From a virus: a DNA stretch of 32,053 nt. A program made the position numbers and the translations under genes. Positions 26,398 through 32,053 of this stretch are shown piece by piece; the stretch's first letter is position 1, and each line of letters begins with the position of its first letter. The notes under the pieces were generated by a model, which saw only the letters and a list, made by a program, of their open reading frames with translations, was not told the DNA's origin and made no database searches. The stretch is taken from UHGV virus genome UHGV-0252067. One strand, given 5' to 3'.

Positions 26398-26826
26398 ATG
26401 TTTTATGACCTATTCTGCCAGCTTTGCAAAGAGAAGGGGGTCAGTCCTACAAAAGCGACTGTAGATATTGGCTTGAGCCGTACCATTGGCACAAAATGGA
26501 AAAACACTGGTGCCACCCCTCAAGGGGAAACGCTATCAAAAATTGCCCAGTATTTCGGTGTCTCGGTAGATTACCTACTGGGCAATGACAAACCCTGGGA
26601 AGAAAAAACGCCCGTCCTCACAAAGAAGGACGAGCGGGATATTGCCAAGCGGCTGGACGCCATTTTGGGTGAGATGGAGGGCGGCGGCAAAGACGGGCTT
26701 ATGTTTGATGGGGAACCCCTGGACGACGATACCCGGGAGCTATTGCGGGCCAGCCTACAAAACCAGCTGGAAATGGCAAAGCGCCTGGCCAAGCAAAAGT
26801 ACACCCCTAAAAAGTACCGCAAATAG
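26398..26826 (+). CDS. CI/ImmR-like repressor (XRE HTH)
   Basis: HTH ending LSKIAQYFGVSVDYLLG; C-terminal LMFDGEPLD..KYTPKKYRK; no S24 peptidase domain. Confidence 0.92.
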   Translation: MFYDLFCQLCKEKGVSPTKATVDIGLSRTIGTKWKNTGATPQGETLSKIAQYFGVSVDYLLGNDKPWEEKTPVLTKKDERDIAKRLDAILGEMEGGGKDGLMFDGEPLDDDTRELLRASLQNQLEMAKRLAKQKYTPKKYRK

Positions 26827-26837
26827 GAGGTCATCGC

Positions 26838-27278
26838 TTGCGTATCACCGAAACAGTGGAACGGCTTTGCCGGCGATACGGCACCCGGGACCCTTTCGAG
26901 ATAGCTGATCAGCGCCGCATCCTTATTATCTTTGAATCTTTGGGGGAAATTCGAGGCTATTGCAGCACCGCCTACCGGCAAAAATTCATTCACATCAATC
27001 AGGACCTCACCGAGGAACAGCAGCGCTTTACCTGCTGCCACGAGCTGGGGCATATCATATTGCATCCCGGCCTCAACACCCCTTTCCTGCGGGAAAATAC
27101 GTTGTTTTCTGTAAGCAAGCTGGAAACCGAAGCCAACCGGTTCGCCATCTGTATGCTCTGCGACCAAGATGTCGCCCAGGAGATGATTCAGGGCGGCCGC
27201 CAGGTTTCCGACATCCCCGCCCCTTGGCGTGATCTGGTGCAGTGGCGGCTGGAACAACTCCCTTGTGGAAAAAAATGA
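26838..27278 (+). CDS. ImmA/IrrE-family metallopeptidase (anti-repressor)
   Basis: Motifs TRDPFEIA, IHIN, RFTCCHELGH (HExxH), ETEANRFA; directly follows the repressor. Confidence 0.93.
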   Translation: MRITETVERLCRRYGTRDPFEIADQRRILIIFESLGEIRGYCSTAYRQKFIHINQDLTEEQQRFTCCHELGHIILHPGLNTPFLRENTLFSVSKLETEANRFAICMLCDQDVAQEMIQGGRQVSDIPAPWRDLVQWRLEQLPCGKK

Positions 27279-27294
27279 ATGGAGGTGCAGCGTC

Positions 27295-28350
27295 TTGTTT
27301 GGCCTTTCCATGGAAGAAATGGTTCTGAAAGAACTGGATGAAATCCGCCAAGAGCTTTCCATCTCTCTCATTCCTCCCATGCGGGAACTGGCTTCCCAAA
27401 CAGATACAGTGGAGAAAGCCAAAGATACGGCCGCGTCCTTCACCGCCATGCTGCGGCAAAGCCTGCTCGAGGAGGTAACAGCGAAGATTGCAACAGCCTC
27501 CCCAAAAGTGCAGCAGCGGTTCCAAGAGGCTATGGCCGATCCTTCCCTGGCCGGATTGCCAGTGCCCTTTATTCCAGGATTTGGGAACTTATACGCCGTC
27601 TGGCTCTATGCTCTGGGCCATACGCCATCAGATAATAAAGGGTTGGCTTGTACTGCGGCGTTGGAGATGAAATTGATCACCACAATTGATGAGCAAATTG
27701 GGCCTTATTTTCCTTGGCCCAAAGAGCCGGAGGATGCCCCATCGCCCCAGCCCGCTACCCCGGTAGAACCAGTTATCCCCGCAAGTTCTGAAGCTGCCCC
27801 TTCTCAGCAAGCACCCAAAGCCCGGATCAAGGTGCGGGTTAAAGAAAAAAGTGTTTCGGCAACCCCAATTCAAGAGGATCTCCCTTCCTCCAAAACAACT
27901 CCCACTGTTCCGGTGGCGCCACCTGCAAACAAACGCTCTCCCTTAAAAATCGCTTTAACCAACTTTTTGGGTGTAGCTGCTGGCGGGGTATCTTACATTC
28001 TTCTTAGCCTACTCACCGCATGGGTTTTTACGTTCATCGGCCAATTCCCCCTTCTTACCAGTATCTTATATTGGCCTTCTTCCTATTTTTCCACTGCATT
28101 GGTCACCATGAACGCTATTCCCCTGATGGGATCTATCTACATATCTTATTTTATATGCGCTCCTTCGGCCAATAACCGGCGTTACGGGTTGGTTGCATAT
28201 GGGATAGCCATGATCCTCTTCACTTTGCTTCTGGCAGTATTCAGCGGACAGTTTGGCCTGATGGATGGGCTTATAGTATATGGGCTCCATCTATTTGCCT
28301 CAGGCATAGCTATTGCCGTCGGCTTAGACAAAAATCAGTTTAATACATAA
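27295..28350 (+). CDS. Lysogeny-module membrane protein (soluble N-domain, Pro-rich linker, ~4 C-terminal TM helices)
   Basis: GGAGGTG RBS before TTG at 27295; hydrophobic C-terminal third. Confidence 0.75.
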   Translation: MFGLSMEEMVLKELDEIRQELSISLIPPMRELASQTDTVEKAKDTAASFTAMLRQSLLEEVTAKIATASPKVQQRFQEAMADPSLAGLPVPFIPGFGNLYAVWLYALGHTPSDNKGLACTAALEMKLITTIDEQIGPYFPWPKEPEDAPSPQPATPVEPVIPASSEAAPSQQAPKARIKVRVKEKSVSATPIQEDLPSSKTTPTVPVAPPANKRSPLKIALTNFLGVAAGGVSYILLSLLTAWVFTFIGQFPLLTSILYWPSSYFSTALVTMNAIPLMGSIYISYFICAPSANNRRYGLVAYGIAMILFTLLLAVFSGQFGLMDGLIVYGLHLFASGIAIAVGLDKNQFNT

Positions 28351-28459
28351 AAAATCCCCCACCGGCGGCAACCGGCAGGGGATTGTAAGATAGCTTACCC
28401 AATGTGGATAAACCATCTGTCAGCAAGATGATTGTACCACCTTTGGGCAGGCTTGTCAA
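28349..28459 (-). ncRNA. Antisense small-RNA unit upstream of the integrase
   Basis: TTGACA-17-TACAAT with TG (28459-28431); 14-bp hairpin and 12-bp terminator hairpin plus T-run. All non-Watson-Crick pairs are G-U on the minus strand. Confidence 0.75.
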
Positions 28460-28485
28460 AGTGTGCCTTAAAGGAGGTATTTTTT

Positions 28486-29568
28486 ATGGGAAAACGAGTG
28501 AATACAGCTGTTTGGATGGAGAAACAAAGCCGCTGGCAGATCAAAGTCCAGAAAGATGGGGTGCGAAAGACCTTCTACTCCTCCAAGCCTGGCCGGACTG
28601 GACAGCGGGAAGCCAATGCCAAGGCGGACGCCTGGCTGGATGATGGCATCCAGGGCGGGAACCTGCGGGTGGAAGAGCTTTTTGACGCCTATGTGGATGA
28701 TCTGAAAAAGACAACCAGTCAATCCAACTGGCGTAAAATCGAATGGTATGGAAGAGTGTGGCTGAAACCTCAGATCGGGGCCAAACGGATTTCCCGAATA
28801 ACCGAGGATGATTTTCAGCAGCTCATCAACAAGATGTACCAGAAGGGCCTCTCCAAAAAGACCCTCCTCTGTTTCCGAGCAATGATTTCCCAGTTTTGTA
28901 AATACTGCCGTCGAATAAAAGCCACCACCCTAAGCCCAGAATTTTTGGAAATCCCCAAGGGGGCTCCCACAAAACCCAAGGCCATTCTCCAGCCGGAGCA
29001 CCTTTCTGTCCTGTTTTCATCTGACCAAACCACATACCGCGGGAAAACCGTCCACGATCCATTGGTTTACGCATACCGCTTTCAAGTCTTGACCGGCCTG
29101 CGCCCAGGCGAACTAATCGGGCTGCGATGGGATGATATAACGGGTGATGTAGTCCATATCCGTCGGTCTGTCAATGTACATGGGGAGACTACCAATGGGA
29201 AAAATGAAAATGCCCATCGCTCCTTCCTTTTGACCAAATCTGCCCAATCCGTATTGGATGACCAGCGTCGGAACTCTTTGTCCTTTGCCGGCCCGGTCTT
29301 CCCTATCCGGAAAGAGCCCTATTACTATGACCGATGGAAAACATATTGCAGAGCCAACAATATTCCACAAATTACTCCCTACGAGCTGCGCCACACCTTT
29401 GTTTCCATGGCCAAAAACCTGCCGGAAGGCCAAGTAAAAACTCTCGTAGGCCATTCTCAAAATATGGATACTCTGGGCACCTATTCCCATGAAATGCATA
29501 AGGATATGGAGCGGACCGCAGATGCCCTCGAATCTGTGATCCGTGACATTTTGGCCCCCAACGAATAA
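28486..29568 (+). CDS. int: Tyrosine integrase
   Basis: TGLRPGELIGLRWDD, GKNENAHR, YELRHTF, LVGHS, GTYSH catalytic motifs; AAGGAGGT RBS before ATG 28486. Confidence 0.95.
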   Translation: MGKRVNTAVWMEKQSRWQIKVQKDGVRKTFYSSKPGRTGQREANAKADAWLDDGIQGGNLRVEELFDAYVDDLKKTTSQSNWRKIEWYGRVWLKPQIGAKRISRITEDDFQQLINKMYQKGLSKKTLLCFRAMISQFCKYCRRIKATTLSPEFLEIPKGAPTKPKAILQPEHLSVLFSSDQTTYRGKTVHDPLVYAYRFQVLTGLRPGELIGLRWDDITGDVVHIRRSVNVHGETTNGKNENAHRSFLLTKSAQSVLDDQRRNSLSFAGPVFPIRKEPYYYDRWKTYCRANNIPQITPYELRHTFVSMAKNLPEGQVKTLVGHSQNMDTLGTYSHEMHKDMERTADALESVIRDILAPNE

Positions 29569-29790
29569 CCCATTTTATAACCCACTTTTTCATAAACGAA
29601 GAAAACATCCGTTTTCTTTAACTGATTTGATTATCAAAAAACAGCTTAAACAAGCCATTTTCCGCAGCAATAACTTTTCGTTTGTTTTTCGCTACTCATT
29701 CGAATCCAGTCGGGCACACCAACGAAACCCCGCAGGAACATGCCGTTCTTGCGGGGTCTTTTTTGTCTATATAACCCACATAATAACCCA
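29565..29790 (+). other. attP: tRNA 3'-end core flanked by paired arm-type repeats
   Basis: Core TTCGAATCCAGTCGGGCACACCA (29699-29721); ATAACCCA at 29565/29577 and 29771/29783. Confidence 0.9.
29727..29764 (+). terminator. Intrinsic terminator after the att core
   Basis: ACCCCGCAGGAAC-ATGCC-GTTCTTGCGGGGT followed by CTTTTTT. Confidence 0.85.
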
Positions 29791-29829
29791 CTTTTCCAAG
29801 AGCCGTTTTTATAAACTTTTGAAAACATC

Positions 29830-29933
29830 TTGCACTTTCGCTGTCATCTGATATAATTTAAATGAACACTATCCAATATCAAGGGAAAGCCCCTGGCCAG
29901 GTTCTATCGCCTGACTGGGGGTTTTTCCTTTTT
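29830..29933 (+). ncRNA. Orphan small-RNA unit (promoter plus long terminator hairpin)
   Basis: TTGCAC-16-TATAAT with TG extension (29830-29857), ~18 nt unpaired, then a ~21-bp hairpin ending in a T-run. Confidence 0.6.
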
Positions 29934-29964
29934 CCAGTAAATAGCCAACAAGTTGCGAGCAGAC

Positions 29965-30001
29965 AAACTACCCCCGACCCTCCTAAATGGAGAGCCGGGG
30001 G
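29965..30001 (-). terminator. Terminator, copy 1 of the direct repeat
   Basis: AAACTACCCCCGACCCTCC-TAAAT-GGAGAGCCGGGGG, downstream of the RHH gene. Confidence 0.8.
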
Positions 30002-30007
30002 AAATTT

Positions 30008-30214
30008 CTATTTTCCTGGCGTTGCTTCCCGCCTCATGCGTTCTTCCACCGCCTTGCGGACATATTCATTCAGCGTCTCTCCCTGGGCTTCTGCGGCAGC
30101 TTTGATCAACGCTTTCATTCCTTTTGGAAAGAGAACCTCAACTCGATCTGAGTTTTTCGCACGGCTGGCCTGAACCTGTGCGGGATCGCTTTTTCTCTTT
30201 TTGGATTCTTCCAC
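30008..30214 (-). CDS. Ribbon-helix-helix (Arc/CopG-like) DNA-binding protein
   Basis: DRVEVLFPKGMKALIKAAAEAQGETLNEYVRKAVEERM; GGAGGTGA RBS; extended -10 TGTGCTATACT upstream. Confidence 0.85.
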   Translation of the reverse strand: MEESKKRKSDPAQVQASRAKNSDRVEVLFPKGMKALIKAAAEAQGETLNEYVRKAVEERMRREATPGK

Positions 30215-30254
30215 GGTGTATCACCTCCAAAGAATAGTATAGCACAGTTTTGAT

Positions 30255-30362
30255 TAACCGGATATATACAAATCCCATATGAATAACCGGATATGTTTGT
30301 GCAAAATAGACCGAATATAATTCGCTAAAACGCTTGACATAACCGGTTATGTATGGTATAAT
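30255..30362 (+). promoter_or_regulatory. Consensus sigma-A promoter with three palindromic operators
   Basis: TTGACA(30334)-17-TATAAT(30357) with TG; perfect palindrome ACATAACCGGTTATGT (30337-30352); variants TAACCGGATAT at 30255 and 30284. Confidence 0.9.
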
Positions 30363-30388
30363 AAAATCAAAGGAAAGGAGGTGACACA

Positions 30389-30511
30389 GTGGATGACCTA
30401 AAAGATTGGCTAGAAATAGCAAAGGACTTGCTCGAAATCCTCGTCCTGGTTTTGACAGCCCACCAGCTGGTCAGAGGCAAGAAAAAGAGCAAGTCCAAGC
30501 GGAGGGGATAA
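30389..30511 (+). CDS. 40-aa amphipathic/hydrophobic peptide with basic tail (type I toxin-like; not in the ORF track)
   Basis: AAGGAGGTGA RBS; MDDLKDWLEIAKDLLEILVLVLTAHQLVRGKKKSKSKRRG*. Confidence 0.78.
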   Translation: MDDLKDWLEIAKDLLEILVLVLTAHQLVRGKKKSKSKRRG

Positions 30512-30568
30512 CCCTCCGCCCCCTCTTGGGGGTATTTCTAGTATACCACATCCACTGCCCAAATGAAA
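30482..30568 (-). ncRNA. Antisense RNA unit overlapping the 3' end of the peptide gene
   Basis: TTTCAT-17-TATACT with TG (30568-30540), followed by an 8-bp GCGGAGGG/CCCTCCGC hairpin and CTCTTTTTC. Confidence 0.6.
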
Positions 30569-30727
30569 GATTATTCTATCCGCATCCTATTGATCGGTTT
30601 GGTTCTGCTCAACCTATTGGATGGAGATTTTCAGAACCCCAGCACTTTGGATTGGGTCAAATTCTCTCTGCTGGCCCTTTGCCTGATTCTCTCGTTTTAT
30701 CGGAAAGGAGCAAAAAACAATGGATAA
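30563..30727 (+). CDS. 54-aa two-TM membrane protein (not in the ORF track)
   Basis: MKDYSIRILLIGLVLLNLLDGDFQNPSTLDWVKFSLLALCLILSFYRKGAKNNG*; its end overlaps the next start codon; no adjacent SD. Confidence 0.7.
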   Translation: MKDYSIRILLIGLVLLNLLDGDFQNPSTLDWVKFSLLALCLILSFYRKGAKNNG

Positions 30728-30924
30728 CTCCCCTTTTGACGGCCTCCTCTCCTTTGGGGAAGCCACCCAGCTGTGGGGCCTCCACGAAAGCACCTTACGC
30801 AAGGCTGTTGCCTATGGCAAGTTCCAGGAGGGCCAGGACATAAAAAAAATTTGGCAAACAATGGGTCATCACCCGCGCCGCCATGGAGCGGGTATACGGC
30901 CCCCAACCGGACCCCAAGGATTAA
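30720..30924 (+). pseudogene. Small HTH protein gene frameshifted in an A8 run
   Basis: SFGEATQLWGLHESTLRKAV HTH. Removing one A at 30842-30849 gives ..DIKKFGKQWVITRAAMERVYGPQPDPKD* (67 aa), ending exactly at the terminator. Confidence 0.78.
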
Positions 30925-30961
30925 AACTACCCCCGACCCTCCTATTATGGAGAGCCGGGGG
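30924..30961 (-). terminator. Terminator, copy 2 of the direct repeat (possibly bidirectional)
   Basis: AAACTACCCCCGACCCTCC-TATTAT-GGAGAGCCGGGGG between the convergent HTH and amidase genes. Confidence 0.8.
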
Positions 30962-30970
30962 TGTTTCTTT

Positions 30971-31618
30971 TTACTCCAGGGTGATGTGATAAATCCCGTA
31001 CTGCTTGAGCATCTCCCCCAGTTCCTGGATGGAGATGGTTTTGGTGTCGGGGTTGGGCTTTTTGTCCTGAAAAGGAATCCCCAGGCATTCCAGCACCGCT
31101 TTGGCATAGGCTTGTCCAAAGGCTTGCTGCTCTTGCTCTGTGTCGATAATCTCCCGGTCTTTGCTGTCCAGGAATGCCCCCTCACAGAGCACTGCCGGGC
31201 ACTGGTTCAGCCGCAGCCAGCCGAAGTAATCCTGGCCGGTGGCCATGAGGCGGGTCTTAATCCCCCGGCTGTTCTGGCCGATCTGCTTCACCTGGGCCTC
31301 CATAAGCCCGGCCAGTTTCCGGGACTGCTCCTTGTATGCGCCGGTCTGGACATACACCTCAAACCCATCCCCGCCCCCGGCGTTGTTGTGGATCTCCACC
31401 GCCAAATCCGGGGCAAAGGCTTTGGCTTCCCGAAGTTCCTCCTGGAGGGGATCGTTCTCATCTGCTGTCCGGGAGAGAGCCACCTCCACCCCATGCCGGG
31501 TGAGAATCTTGGCCATCTCCAGAGCCATAACCAGGTTGATGTCCTTCTCCTGCAATCCACCGGCCACCGCCCCAGGGTCTTTTCCCCCGTGGCCCACGCC
31601 GATGAACACTTTACTCAT
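30971..31618 (-). CDS. Endolysin, N-acetylmuramoyl-L-alanine amidase (Amidase_3)
   Basis: Zn-ligand motifs GHGGKDPGA, EKDINL, EIHNNA, PAVLCEGAFLD. Confidence 0.95.
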   Translation of the reverse strand: MSKVFIGVGHGGKDPGAVAGGLQEKDINLVMALEMAKILTRHGVEVALSRTADENDPLQEELREAKAFAPDLAVEIHNNAGGGDGFEVYVQTGAYKEQSRKLAGLMEAQVKQIGQNSRGIKTRLMATGQDYFGWLRLNQCPAVLCEGAFLDSKDREIIDTEQEQQAFGQAYAKAVLECLGIPFQDKKPNPDTKTISIQELGEMLKQYGIYHITLE

Positions 31619-32045
31619 GGGTGATATCCCCTTTCTCCTGCAATTGGGCCAGCACTGTCTTGAGGATGGGCGGGATGTTGTTCCCCAGCTTGCCGTAGTT
31701 TTCCAAAATGCTCAATAATTCCCTCGCTATGTAAAACCAGATTACCGCTGTGCGGATGTAAGGCTCCCCGGCTCCCAGGAGGCTGTCCAGGAGGACGCCT
31801 ACCCCCACCAGGCCCAGGACCAGCACCTTATTTACCCCGCCCCAGAACATCACCTGGCTGTCGGTGGTGTGGTTTTTGACGCTGGCTGCAAACCCCAGCA
31901 CAAAATCCAGGGCCATAAAGGCGATGAGGGCCTGGACCATCAGATCCCAGCCGCCCAGGAGCCAGTTTAGAGCCGTGCCCGCCGCCGCGAAGCAGCTGGA
32001 CACCCGGAGGCCGAAGCTCCCGTAGTTGTTGATTCCCAAATACAA
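31611..32045 (-). CDS. Holin (toxin secretion/phage lysis holin type)
   Basis: LGGWD..L..FMALDF..G, KVLV, ELLSILENYGKLG..IP..L..VLAQL motifs; overlaps the endolysin start. Confidence 0.92.
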   Translation of the reverse strand: MYLGINNYGSFGLRVSSCFAAAGTALNWLLGGWDLMVQALIAFMALDFVLGFAASVKNHTTDSQVMFWGGVNKVLVLGLVGVGVLLDSLLGAGEPYIRTAVIWFYIARELLSILENYGKLGNNIPPILKTVLAQLQEKGDITHE

Positions 32046-32053
32046 TTCCGATT

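Larger units (their letters stand above)
1..32053. mobile_element. Complete temperate siphophage genome (circular/excised form)
   Basis: All modules are present (lysogeny, replication, packaging, head, tail, lysis), attP is intact, and the minus-strand gene order and holin RBS continue across the 1/32053 junction. Confidence 0.93.

Noticed and set aside
10441..28485. N-terminal extensions given by the ORF track for capsid, TerL, initiator, Sak4-like, cro and integrase genes
   Set aside because: The extensions overlap upstream genes or regulatory DNA; SD-supported internal starts were used instead.
29699..29721. A second complete tRNA gene
   Set aside because: Only the T-loop to CCA portion is present; the upstream sequence cannot form the 5' half, so it is the att core.
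29862..30843. ORF-track calls 29862..30173 and 30406..30843
   Set aside because: They lack SD sequences, run through terminators or hairpins, and overlap better-supported small genes in other frames.

Overview
The window appears to be a complete, circularised ~32 kb temperate siphophage genome from a Clostridia-type Bacillota host (host inferred from promoter, RBS and gene style). The minus strand carries the lytic cassette: cro and early genes, Sak4-like ATPase, SSB, ERCC4 nuclease, an iteron-bearing initiator, a primase-helicase, accessory genes, tRNA-Gly(CCC) plus a tRNA-like RNA, HNH/cos/terminases, an HK97-type head, a non-contractile tail with a -1 frameshift chaperone, receptor-binding genes and, across the window junction, holin and amidase. 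The plus strand carries the lysogeny cassette (repressor, ImmA-like protease, membrane protein, tyrosine integrase) and an intact attP whose core is the 3' end of a host tRNA. The most unusual region is a ~1 kb cassette between attP and the endolysin, bounded by duplicated terminators. It holds an RHH regulator, three operators, a consensus promoter, a toxin-like 40-aa peptide with an antisense RNA, an SD-less membrane protein that may borrow the upstream SD by long-range pairing, and a poly-A-frameshifted HTH gene. Several other promoter-plus-terminator small-RNA units, a tRNA mimic lacking an anticodon arm and two apparently inserted HNH genes are also visible. All family assignments come from motif recognition by eye; no searches were run.
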